36,184 nt of DNA from a virus (taxonomy: Duplodnaviria > Caudoviricetes): the IMG/VR virus record IMGVR_UViG_3300042938_001620, positions 1-36,184 of that record; one strand, written 5' to 3'. The notes beneath the pieces were generated by a model. The model was not told the DNA's origin. It did no database searches and saw only the letters and a program-made list of their open reading frames with translations. This document shows positions 8,425 through 16,737 of the stretch, in pieces. Numbering within the stretch: position 1 is the stretch's first letter; each line of letters starts with the position of its first letter. Made by a program: the position numbers and the translations under genes.

Positions 8425-8489
8425 TGATAAGTCGGATGGGAATGGTGTGCTGTGCTGTTCTTAAAAAGCTAACCATTGCGGACTTATCA
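8425..8489 (+). ncRNA. unassigned long hairpin RNA
   Basis: TGATAAGTC/GACTTATCA (9 bp) and AATGGT/ACCATT. Confidence 0.5.
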
Positions 8490-8571
8490 CCAGACCCGAT
8501 TAGGCAGGGGGTGACAAGAAATCTTCGTCCAACGTGAGAAAAACACGGTAGCCAATGAAGAACTTTCTGGT
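8489..8571 (+). ncRNA. unassigned branched RNA
   Basis: ACCAGA/TCTGGT closing stem; CCC/GGG, TCTTCG/TGAAGA, CGTG/CACG. Confidence 0.4.
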
Positions 8572-8590
8572 ATTAATTTTTGAAATTTAT

Positions 8591-8999
8591 GGGGGTGTAC
8601 TGGTTTCGATTTATAATTGAAATCTAAGAGTGCATGTAGAGGATGATAGTTGGCCTCTTTAATAATCTATCAAAAAACTAAATGCAGAAGACAATACTTC
8701 TGATCTTTTAGCCGAAGCTGAATACATCTTCAACAATGCTGACGAGTTCCTCGCTGGCGTTGAAGACTACGCACTCGCCGCTTAAAAGCCTAACGGTAAT
8801 CCTCTAAACCCGTTTTGAATTGCAGAGGTTTTGACAATCTGTTAGACATCATGTAAAAAATATTACGGAGTTTGTTGTAACTTAAAAACAACAAGGTTGG
8901 TTAATGTGCCAAGATACCTTATAAATCGAATATATTAAAGCATGTAGTATCTTTTAGAGGATATTGTAAAGACAGGGGTTCGATTCCCCTCACTCTCCA
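8591..8999 (+). ncRNA. ssrA: tmRNA
   Basis: 5' GGGGGTGTACTGGTTTCGA; 3' GACAGGGGTTCGATTCCCCTCACTCTCCA; tag ORF 8684-8785 ending YALAA-stop. Confidence 0.93.
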
Positions 9000-9008
9000 G
9001 TTTCTATA

Positions 9009-9036
9009 TTGACAAAAATAAAAATTTTGATAAATT
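9009..9036 (+). promoter_or_regulatory. sigma70 promoter for tRNA-Tyr
   Basis: TTGACA-16-TAAATT with TGn extension. Confidence 0.6.
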
Positions 9037-9044
9037 AAATATAT

Positions 9045-9129
9045 GGGTAGTTCGCATAGCGGCAATTGCAGAAGACTGTAAATTTTCCCTCTTCGGAGTT
9101 CGCTGGTTCGAGTCCAGCACTGCCCACCA
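9045..9129 (+). tRNA. tRNA-Tyr(GUA)
   Basis: Acceptor GGGTAGT/ACTGCCC, anticodon loop CTGTAAA, long variable arm CTC-TTCG-GAG, T loop TTCGAGT, encoded ACCA. Confidence 0.95.
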
Positions 9130-9143
9130 CTTTTATTATAGGT

Positions 9144-9452
9144 ATGAAAAAAGATGAAAATATCCTTTCACAAGAATTAATAGATTTTTGTGAAAGAGCT
9201 ATAGATGAATCCAAGAAATTGTGTGATGATATATTAGACAATTATAAAGGAAACTTAGAACAAAAAACAGTTTTAAAAGAATTATCAAAAATGATGGAAA
9301 TTGATAATAAAATTAAACAAAAAATAAACAATTTATCTTTTTCAAATATTAATGATGATAATATTTTATTAGATGATGTAGAAAAATTATTAAAACAAAA
9401 ATTTAATATTTTAAACTTTTTAAATTTTACAGATGAAAAACAATTTATTTGA
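9144..9452 (+). CDS. hypothetical protein
   Basis: ORF 9066 trimmed to first ATG after the tRNA. Confidence 0.65.
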   Translation: MKKDENILSQELIDFCERAIDESKKLCDDILDNYKGNLEQKTVLKELSKMMEIDNKIKQKINNLSFSNINDDNILLDDVEKLLKQKFNILNFLNFTDEKQFI

Positions 9453-9536
9453 TATTTGTTGTTGGGTTGTTATAACAATAGCAACCATATATTCCACTTT
9501 ATATGGAACCTACAAAATAATAGAAACTTTATTAAA

Positions 9537-9791
9537 ATGAAAACATTAAAAGAGAAAATTATAGATATATTAGGCGAAGATGAAAATTTTTTATTAGCAG
9601 ATGGATTTGATGATGCATTTGTTGGTATCGGTAGACAATTTGGTAGACCTATTGCGATATATGATAAATTAAAATGTATTGATATTTTACAAGAAGATAT
9701 GTCCTATGACGAAGCCGAAGAATATTTTAGATATAATGTCGAGGGCGCGTATGTTGGAGAAAACACGCCAATATTTTTAGAAACACTATGA
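9537..9791 (+). CDS. conserved phage hypothetical protein
   Basis: LADGFDDAFVG...EAEEYFRYNVEGAYVGENTP pattern common in phages; start trimmed to ATG. Confidence 0.75.
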   Translation: MKTLKEKIIDILGEDENFLLADGFDDAFVGIGRQFGRPIAIYDKLKCIDILQEDMSYDEAEEYFRYNVEGAYVGENTPIFLETL

Positions 9792-10135
9792 AAATTAAAT
9801 TGCCAGAATCTATACATGAACTTGGTCTAATTACATTTAAAGAACCTATGTATATTGACCTATATCATGTAGATCGTCATAATCATCTAGCATATTTTGA
9901 ATGGGACTTTGGAATGGATTGTAAGGTATTCTTGGATTCTTGGATTCTGAAAAGTAGAGCACCAAAAGGAATTAAAAATAAAGTTTTAATGCAGATTCAA
10001 TATGATCTTGGTCATGCTTTCTTTCATTATGAAGGAGATCCAAATTATACACATTACCATTGGGCATTAAAAGCATGGTTAAAGGATAGAGTAGACTTGG
10101 ATGAAAATTTTGGACAAGATTCATATTACAAATAA
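9788..10135 (+). CDS. hypothetical protein
   Basis: ATGA-coupled ORF. Confidence 0.7.
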   Translation: MKIKLPESIHELGLITFKEPMYIDLYHVDRHNHLAYFEWDFGMDCKVFLDSWILKSRAPKGIKNKVLMQIQYDLGHAFFHYEGDPNYTHYHWALKAWLKDRVDLDENFGQDSYYK

Positions 10136-10138
10136 TCA

Positions 10139-10167
10139 TTGACATTTTATTATTTTTACATTAATAT
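10139..10167 (+). promoter_or_regulatory. sigma70 promoter
   Basis: TTGACA-17-TAATAT, 7 nt before ATG 10175. Confidence 0.65.
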
Positions 10168-10174
10168 TTAATAA

Positions 10175-10834
10175 ATGAAAAAAAAAAATAAACCATCTAA
10201 AAAAGTATCCATAGAGTTTGATGAAAAGCATCTTGGTACTCTCGCAACTGCATTAGAAGTCTATTCTCGCCTTCGTTCTGGTCAAATCAAAATGGCAATG
10301 GATACCGCATTTTGGGATAAAGAATTGACGTACCAAGATGGAGAGGTGCTGGAAAGCATGGTGAGAACTATTGTTTTTCATAAAGAAGAAGAACTAATGA
10401 AAAATCGAAATTCTTATTATGGTATTGGTTGCGAAAAAATGAAAGATGGCACGGTAGCATGGGAAATTAAAAAGACAATTGATCAGTATTTACATTACCA
10501 AAGAAATGATGGATATAGACAAATTTGTGATGTTTCCGGTGCTGGAGCATTTCAAAGTTCTGATGTTCCTATACCAAAAATCATAGAACCTTCTCGCATG
10601 TTGTCGGAATTCGCTTATTGGAAACCACAAAAAGAATTTAGAATACCACAAAGATACCAAGAACGAGTTGATAAAGCAATGAAAAGTAAAGACTTTACTT
10701 TAGTTTGGGATCTAGTATATAAAGCATTTAAGAAAAATTTACCGAAAGGATCTAGTTCTAGTGTAAAAGAAGTTGCTGGAACTTACTATGTAGTAATTAC
10801 AGAACCATACAAGTGGATTGATGATGAAAGATAA
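10175..10834 (+). CDS. hypothetical protein
   Basis: 219-aa ORF. Confidence 0.75.
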   Translation: MKKKNKPSKKVSIEFDEKHLGTLATALEVYSRLRSGQIKMAMDTAFWDKELTYQDGEVLESMVRTIVFHKEEELMKNRNSYYGIGCEKMKDGTVAWEIKKTIDQYLHYQRNDGYRQICDVSGAGAFQSSDVPIPKIIEPSRMLSEFAYWKPQKEFRIPQRYQERVDKAMKSKDFTLVWDLVYKAFKKNLPKGSSSSVKEVAGTYYVVITEPYKWIDDER

Positions 10835-11402
10835 TATAACCAAACAGTCGGTTTTAATTTTAAATAAACACTGGATACCGATTAATACTACTACACCAAA
10901 ACATTCATTTGCCTTAATTTTTTCAGAAAATGCAAAAGGGTTATTAGTGGAAGAAGATAAAGTAGTTCCATTGGATTGGAATGATTGGGTTGCTATAAAT
11001 CCAAGTGAAATAGATCGTAAAATTAAAACTGTTAAAGGTTATATAAAAATTCCTAGTATTATAGTTTTAAATTATTATGATAAAATTCCAAGACAAACTA
11101 TAAAATTTACACAGAAAAGCTTATGGGAACGAGATAATTTTACTTGTCAATATACTGGTAAAAAAGTAACAAGAACAAATGGTAATATAGATCACATAAT
11201 TCCAAGATCTCAGGGAGGAAAAACAACATGGGAAAATTGTGTAATTGCACATAAAGAAATAAATGCATTAAAAGCAGATAGAACACCAGAACAAGCAGGA
11301 TTAAAATTACTTAAAAAACCATTAGCCCCAAAAATTATGCCAGTTTCTTTTTATATTAGAAACAGAGAAGAAGTGAAAGACTGGGGATTATTTTTAAATT
11401 GA
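10818..11402 (+). CDS. HNH endonuclease (McrA-like)
   Basis: VLILN...RDNFTCQYTG...NIDHIIPRSQGGKTTWENCV...N. Confidence 0.9.
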   Translation: MMMKDNITKQSVLILNKHWIPINTTTPKHSFALIFSENAKGLLVEEDKVVPLDWNDWVAINPSEIDRKIKTVKGYIKIPSIIVLNYYDKIPRQTIKFTQKSLWERDNFTCQYTGKKVTRTNGNIDHIIPRSQGGKTTWENCVIAHKEINALKADRTPEQAGLKLLKKPLAPKIMPVSFYIRNREEVKDWGLFLN

Positions 11403-11692
11403 TTATGGAAAATATTATTGACGAAATTACAAAATTAACCAATGATTGGAGGTCTTTGAGTGGGAAAGGACACTGTAAAGATAGAGATTTTCATTGGTAT
11501 ATAGAAACTAAATGGAGTTATGGACAACCTCCAAAATATATTGTTCAACATCACGGTTACATTTTACATGATTTTGAGGAAATAGAATGTAGTTCTTATG
11601 AAGAAGCATTGACTCTTTTAAGAGACACCTTAAAGGAAAAAATAGAAGAAGAAAAAAAATCTCAAAAAGAAAACGAAGAAAATGGATGGTAA
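11399..11692 (+). CDS. hypothetical protein
   Basis: ORF track; may start at ATG 11405. Confidence 0.7.
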   Translation: MIMENIIDEITKLTNDWRSLSGKGHCKDRDFHWYIETKWSYGQPPKYIVQHHGYILHDFEEIECSSYEEALTLLRDTLKEKIEEEKKSQKENEENGW

Positions 11693-12401
11693 TATGAAAA
11701 CATTAAATAAAGACAAACCGATTTTATTTTTAGGAGATCATCACGGAGCTTGGTTACAGCTTTTTGATATATTAGACGCTAAAAAAATAAGTGATTGTTA
11801 CTTGATTAGCGTTGGGGATTCTGGAATTGGTTTTACTGATAATGAAAATCAAAAAAAGATGATAAATTATTTGGATTACGAATTTAAAGATAGGAATATT
11901 ATCTTTATGGCTATCCGGGGGAACCATGATGACCCCTCTTTTTTTGTAGGAGAAAATCGAGTTCAACTGAACAATTTTGAATTGATTGAAGATTACACTG
12001 TAATGGAATACAATGGTAAGAAAATTCAATTTATTGGAGGGGCCGTTTCTATTGATAGAACAGCAAGAAAGGAAAGAATTTCATACTGGGAGGAAGAGGT
12101 TCTTAATTTTGAAAGAGATAAATGTGAGGAAGTTGATATTCTCATAACTCATACGGCCCCTTCTTGGTGTTTTCCACAACAGTTTAATGAAATGGTCTAT
12201 GGTTGGGCTAGAGAAGATGCTTATTTGCTAGAAGACCTAACAGACGAAAGAGCAATTATGGATGAGATTTGTAAGCTATGTAAACCAAAAATTCATTTAT
12301 ATGGACACTTTCATAGCTCTTGGACCGAAAGAGTAAATGGATGTGTACATAAACTTTTGGATATTAACGAAATTTGGGAGAAATCTTCTTATGATTTTTA
12401 A
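11682..12401 (+). CDS. calcineurin-like metallophosphoesterase
   Basis: GDHHG, VGD, RGNHD, THTAP and YGHFH motifs. Confidence 0.88.
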   Translation: MDGNMKTLNKDKPILFLGDHHGAWLQLFDILDAKKISDCYLISVGDSGIGFTDNENQKKMINYLDYEFKDRNIIFMAIRGNHDDPSFFVGENRVQLNNFELIEDYTVMEYNGKKIQFIGGAVSIDRTARKERISYWEEEVLNFERDKCEEVDILITHTAPSWCFPQQFNEMVYGWAREDAYLLEDLTDERAIMDEICKLCKPKIHLYGHFHSSWTERVNGCVHKLLDINEIWEKSSYDF

Positions 12402-12417
12402 AAGACTAAGTATTATA

Positions 12418-12624
12418 ATGAAAGATGTAGTTACTACTACCGAATTTTTGTTCTATAATTCTTTGGTATATAAAGAATTTTTAGAAGAAAGAGAAGAAGT
12501 ATTGAAACATAAGTGGTTGGAAAGCGAAAAAAAGGGATATGATATTGGCTATAGTTCTGCTTTAATTGACTGGGTTATAAAACATAGAAGCAACTGGAGA
12601 AAATATAAAAATAATGAAAACTAG
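12418..12624 (+). CDS. DUF4032-like small protein
   Basis: YKEFLEEREEVLKHKWLESEKKGYDIG...DW motif; start trimmed to ATG after TAAGTA. Confidence 0.65.
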   Translation: MKDVVTTTEFLFYNSLVYKEFLEEREEVLKHKWLESEKKGYDIGYSSALIDWVIKHRSNWRKYKNNEN

Positions 12625-12703
12625 TACAAAAAATATTTTAGCTGTAGTAACATTTTTTTTATTATCTTTTTTATATTTTTGGTTGATGTTTTTTACAAAG
12701 TAG
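12614..12703 (+). CDS. 29-aa membrane peptide
   Basis: MKTSTKNILAVVTFFLLSFLYFWLMFFTK; fills the gap. Confidence 0.4.
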   Translation: MKTSTKNILAVVTFFLLSFLYFWLMFFTK

Positions 12704-12718
12704 TCTATCATTTATTGA

Positions 12719-13801
12719 ATGAAATTAAGTCTTCCAATAGAAGAATATTTTAATGTTGTTCCTAATAAATTTTGCGATCTCGATTGTTATTTAATAACAC
12801 CAAAAATAGACGCAAAATGGAATAATAATAATTTATTCTATCGTTCTCTTATTACTGATAAAGAGGGTAGCGTAATGTCATGCGGGTTTTTTAAATTTTT
12901 TAATTATCTCGAAAAACCAGACTGTTATCCAGATCCAGAAAAATTTAATGATTGGAAGTGTGAGGAGAAAAAAGACGGTTCTTTGGTTATTTGTGATTAT
13001 GTAAATGGAAAATTCTCCATGAGAACCAGAGGAACAGTAAGTTATGCAACTCAAGAAAATGCTACAGATTTTGAATTGCTTCCACAGAAATATCCAAAAG
13101 TTAAAGAATATTTAAAGAAAAACCAACATCTTAGTTTGTTATTTGAAATTGTTACTCCTAACAATGTAATAGTTATTAGACCAAAAGAAATAGAGTTTTA
13201 TCTGATTGGAGCAATTGATAAAAATAAAATGACCATAGTTTCATCTGGAGATTTAACAGAAATATGGAGAGAGCTTGGAAATGTTCCGACACCAACAACT
13301 TATACATTTAATGATATAAGAGATTTATCAAAAATATCTGAGCATATTAAAAATTGGAAGGGTGATGAAGGAATTGTAATTTCTTATAATAACGGACAGA
13401 ACAGAATCAAGATGAAAACGTCTTGGTATTGTATAATACACAGAATTAAATCCCAACTTAGTTCTAATAAAAATCTTATTGATTTTTATATAGAAAAGGA
13501 ACTCCCAGTATATCAAGAATTTTATAAAATAATTGAAACGGAATTTGATTTTGAAATTGCAGTTCAATTAAAAAATGAACTAGAAAAAATATCTGAAGCA
13601 GGAGAAAAATCTAAAAAATATATTGATCATATCCTAGAAGTAGTGCATGATATCAGAAAAGTAAAAACAAGAAAAGATCAAGCACTAATGATTAAGAAAA
13701 ATTTCCAAGAAAACTCTTCATTTGTGTTTTGTATTTTAGATGGTAAAATAATAACAAAAAATCAATGGATAAAACTTATAAATCAAAACTATGAAAGTTA
13801 A
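12719..13801 (+). CDS. RNA ligase, T4 Rnl1-like
   Basis: FFKFFNYLE, motif I EEKKDGSL, FEIV, EGIVI, RIKMK. Confidence 0.85.
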   Translation: MKLSLPIEEYFNVVPNKFCDLDCYLITPKIDAKWNNNNLFYRSLITDKEGSVMSCGFFKFFNYLEKPDCYPDPEKFNDWKCEEKKDGSLVICDYVNGKFSMRTRGTVSYATQENATDFELLPQKYPKVKEYLKKNQHLSLLFEIVTPNNVIVIRPKEIEFYLIGAIDKNKMTIVSSGDLTEIWRELGNVPTPTTYTFNDIRDLSKISEHIKNWKGDEGIVISYNNGQNRIKMKTSWYCIIHRIKSQLSSNKNLIDFYIEKELPVYQEFYKIIETEFDFEIAVQLKNELEKISEAGEKSKKYIDHILEVVHDIRKVKTRKDQALMIKKNFQENSSFVFCILDGKIITKNQWIKLINQNYES

Positions 13802-14003
13802 AGAACTAATTGAAATATTACAAAAAGAAGATCCAGAAACGTTGATTCTTGTAGATGGGTATGAAGGAGGTTATGCCGTCCCAGTTGATACAAAACAAAA
13901 AAACGTATGTGGTCCATTTAAAAGAGAATGGTATTATGGGGAATACGATGATTGTAAAGAAGGAGAGTTGTTTAAAACAAAAGCAATCTTAATATCAAGA
14001 TAA
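13791..14003 (+). CDS. conserved phage hypothetical protein
   Basis: MKVKELIEILQ...VDGYEGGY. Confidence 0.75.
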   Translation: MKVKELIEILQKEDPETLILVDGYEGGYAVPVDTKQKNVCGPFKREWYYGEYDDCKEGELFKTKAILISR

Positions 14004-14037
14004 ATTGTGAAACATTTTTATTCATATAAGTATAGAT

Positions 14038-14421
14038 ATGAATAAAATATTTTTGTTGTTGATGAGTTGTATTATTTTTACATCTTGTACGAATACCCCT
14101 AAAAACTCAGAATCTTGGATGGTAAATCAAAAAAATGCATGTCTTCCGACCGCAATCGCGTTTCGAGAAGGATTACAAAAATATGATGTTTGGTCAGAAG
14201 TTCTTAGATATGAATGGATTGACGTAAAAACCAAGAAACCAAAGGGTCATGCAATTGTGGTATATATGTATCCAAAAGGACAAAACAAACTTTGGACCTA
14301 TGATTTTTGGGGTAGTTATAGAGTCCGTGCATTTAAAGACAATCCTTTACATATTGCAAAAGAAGCAGTTAAAGTTAGACTAGAAGATAGAAATGTTTAT
14401 TTTGCAGAATTTATAAAATAA
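14038..14421 (+). CDS. putative lipoprotein with papain/transglutaminase-like triad
   Basis: Signal peptide ending FTSC; NACLP, GHAIVVY, LWTYD. Confidence 0.55.
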   Translation: MNKIFLLLMSCIIFTSCTNTPKNSESWMVNQKNACLPTAIAFREGLQKYDVWSEVLRYEWIDVKTKKPKGHAIVVYMYPKGQNKLWTYDFWGSYRVRAFKDNPLHIAKEAVKVRLEDRNVYFAEFIK

Positions 14422-14496
14422 TTATAAAAAATTTTTTAAGAATAAGTAATAGTGTACGTAAAGTACGAATACAACTAAACTAGTTTTAAAAAAAAT

Positions 14497-15522
14497 ATGG
14501 CACAAATTAAAATACAAGGTAATACAAAATTTTTCGGAAATACAATCTTTTCAACATCTGGCGGAGGTGGAGGCTTTGTTTCTCCTGTTGATACAACCCT
14601 CTATAACAGTTCAGGAGATGTTCTTGATACTGTAAATGGAAATGTTCCAATTACTTGGAAATACGGTCAAAACGCCGAAGGATATGTAGATATTGGCTCC
14701 TCTGCCACTTATATTGGAAACTATGCATTCCTAAATAACCAACTCACATCAGTTACTATTCCAGATTCTGTGACTAGTATTGGAGACAGTGTATTCCAAA
14801 ATAACCAACTCACATCAGTTAATATTCCTAATTCTGTGACTAGTATTGGTAGCGATGCATTCAGTTATAACTTACTCCAGTCGGTTACTATTGGAAATTC
14901 TGTGACTACTATTGGATACGGTGTATTCAGTAATAACCAACTCACATCAGTTACTATTCCTAATTCTGTGACTAGTATTGGAGGCTATGCATTCGGTAAT
15001 AACAATCTTACTTCTGTTACTATTGGAAATTCTGTGACTAGTATTGGAGGCTATGCATTCAAATATAACCAACTCACATCAGTTACTATTCCTAATTCCG
15101 TGACTACTATTGGAAGCAATGCATTCCAAAATAACCCGCTCACATCAGTTACTATTGGAAATTCTGTGACTACTATTGGAAGCAATGCATTCTATTTTAA
15201 CCAACTCCAATCAGTTACTATTCCAGATTCTGTGACTAGTATTGGAAGCAATGCATTCGCGTTTAACAATCTTACTTCTGTTACTATTGGAAATTCTGTG
15301 ACTAGTATTGAAGGAGAAGCATTCAGAGAAAACCCGCTTCTTGTCACTGTTAATTGCTTTACAACACAAACAGCATTTGTGGGATCTGATGCATTCTACC
15401 CTGGGTCTGATGCATACTATTATGGATTTCTTACTCTTCATGCTAGAGCAACGGATGAAACATGGACAGCTGGAAGTGCTGTTTTCCAAGGAATAAACAT
15501 GGCAATTATAAAAGATCTATAA
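14497..15522 (+). CDS. BspA-type leucine-rich repeat (LRR_5) protein
   Basis: Nine full and one partial 22-aa repeats [21 protein letters not shown]. Confidence 0.92.
   Translation: MAQIKIQGNTKFFGNTIFSTSGGGGGFVSPVDTTLYNSSGDVLDTVNGNVPITWKYGQNAEGYVDIGSSATYIGNYAFLNNQLTSVTIPDSVTSIGDSVFQNNQLTSVNIPNSVTSIGSDAFSYNLLQSVTIGNSVTTIGYGVFSNNQLTSVTIPNSVTSIGGYAFGNNNLTSVTIGNSVTSIGGYAFKYNQLTSVTIPNSVTTIGSNAFQNNPLTSVTIGNSVTTIGSNAFYFNQLQSVTIPDSVTSIGSNAFAFNNLTSVTIGNSVTSIEGEAFRENPLLVTVNCFTTQTAFVGSDAFYPGSDAYYYGFLTLHARATDETWTAGSAVFQGINMAIIKDL
14707..15339 (+). repeat. 66-bp coding tandem repeat, about 9.6 copies
   Basis: Units start at 14707 + 66n and are near-identical at synonymous sites. Confidence 0.92.
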
Positions 15523-15528
15523 AAAATA

Positions 15529-15732
15529 ATGAACAAAAAACAACACGCATACGTAGGACCAAGAGGTAAAATTAGAAGAATGTTCCAAACCGAACAAACC
15601 GTTGATAGCATTCCTCAAGGTGTAACTCAAATTTACTTAACAGAAGAACAACACGATCAGGTTCTTGCACTCCATAAAGAAGGCAAACAAGCTGGTTGGA
15701 AAGATAATTCTGTAGTCGAATTTTTTCTTTAA
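15529..15732 (+). CDS. hypothetical protein
   Basis: 67-aa ORF following the LRR gene, before a terminator. Confidence 0.7.
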   Translation: MNKKQHAYVGPRGKIRRMFQTEQTVDSIPQGVTQIYLTEEQHDQVLALHKEGKQAGWKDNSVVEFFL

Positions 15733-15750
15733 CATCAACCAAACAAAAAG

Positions 15751-15786
15751 AAAACCTCGGAAGACTAAAAATCTTTCGAGGTTTTT
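15751..15786 (+). terminator. intrinsic terminator, possibly bidirectional
   Basis: AAAACCTCGGAAGA/TCTTTCGAGGTTTT hairpin with flanking A and T tracts. Confidence 0.8.
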
Positions 15787-15787
15787 A

Positions 15788-15816
15788 TTGACTTTTTAAA
15801 AAAAATGTAGTAATGT
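15788..15816 (+). promoter_or_regulatory. sigma70 promoter
   Basis: TTGACT-17-TAATGT, 7 nt before ATG 15824. Confidence 0.6.
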
Positions 15817-15823
15817 ATAGTAC

Positions 15824-16624
15824 ATGAGTAAAACAATTCACTTCGTTTCCGGTCTTCCCCGTTCAGGATCAACACTCTTGATGAACGTCTTGGCCCAAAA
15901 TCCTAGAGTTCATTCAACTGCCACTAGTGGTCTTCATGAAATTGGTTATATTGCTCGGAAATTTTCTGCTACAGAAGAATTTAAAACTATTCCTAATCCT
16001 AAAGACGGAGAAACTCTATTCTACGATTATATCAAAGGAGGGTGTGAAAATGCCTTTAATAGATTGACGGATCGTCCTGTAGTAGCTGATAAATGTCGTT
16101 CTTGGGTTGGACACTTGGATATGCTATTTGCAATTTGGCCTAATGCTAAAGTATTAGTTCCTGTAAGAGACATGAGAGGTATCCTTTCTTCATTTGAAAA
16201 GAAATGGCGTCAACATCCTTTTCCCTTTACTGGTGTGGAAAAACAATCTCCACAAAACTGGACTACTGTAGAAAAAAGAACACAAGGTTGGTTGAACATT
16301 CCACCACTCGGAATTGCTGTTGAAAGACTTTCTGATGCAGTAAAAAGATATCAAACCAAATTACATTTTGTACACTTTGAAGATCTTACAAAAAATCCAA
16401 AGGATACCATGGATAGTATTTGGGAATACCTTGAAGAAAAGCCTTTCAAGCATGACTTTAATAATGTGAAACAATATACAGTAGAACATGAATTAGGCTG
16501 GCCTTATGGTGATCATGAGATTAGAAACAAAGTAAAACCTTTAGAAAATGATTGGAGCGAGGTGCTAGGGAAAAATTTTTCTGAACAAATTAATGAGTCC
16601 TTTAAATGGATTAATAATCTCTAA
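15824..16624 (+). CDS. sulfotransferase family protein
   Basis: 5'-PSB loop SGLPRSGSTLL, DK, VRDMRGILSS, FEDL. Confidence 0.88.
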   Translation: MSKTIHFVSGLPRSGSTLLMNVLAQNPRVHSTATSGLHEIGYIARKFSATEEFKTIPNPKDGETLFYDYIKGGCENAFNRLTDRPVVADKCRSWVGHLDMLFAIWPNAKVLVPVRDMRGILSSFEKKWRQHPFPFTGVEKQSPQNWTTVEKRTQGWLNIPPLGIAVERLSDAVKRYQTKLHFVHFEDLTKNPKDTMDSIWEYLEEKPFKHDFNNVKQYTVEHELGWPYGDHEIRNKVKPLENDWSEVLGKNFSEQINESFKWINNL

Positions 16625-16662
16625 AAGATATAATATAAGATTTTGGTAATAAAACATAATAT

Positions 16663-16702
16663 ATCCTATCCGGAGTTCAATTCTCTGGATAGGATTTTTT
16701 TT
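16663..16702 (+). terminator. intrinsic terminator
   Basis: ATCCTATCCGGAG/CTCTGGATAGGAT stem plus T run. Confidence 0.8.
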
Positions 16703-16703
16703 A

Positions 16704-16731
16704 TTGACATTATCATAAAATAATATAACAT
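16704..16731 (+). promoter_or_regulatory. sigma70 promoter
   Basis: TTGACA-16-TAACAT, 6 nt before ATG 16738. Confidence 0.6.
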
Positions 16732-16737
16732 GTGTGA

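Noticed and set aside
8208-8537. 109-aa ORF
   Set aside because: Overlaps the tRNA-like and structured RNA modules, has a TTG start and atypical composition
7807-9241. Minus-strand ORFs 7807-7995 and 9035-9241, and the 9066-9143 extension
   Set aside because: Overlap the promoter, leader and tRNA-Tyr
10818-11402. Intron-encoded homing endonuclease
   Set aside because: Free-standing and coupled to its neighbours, with no split gene or intron structure evident
14707-15339. CRISPR array
   Set aside because: Repeats are contiguous, in frame and coding, with no unique spacers
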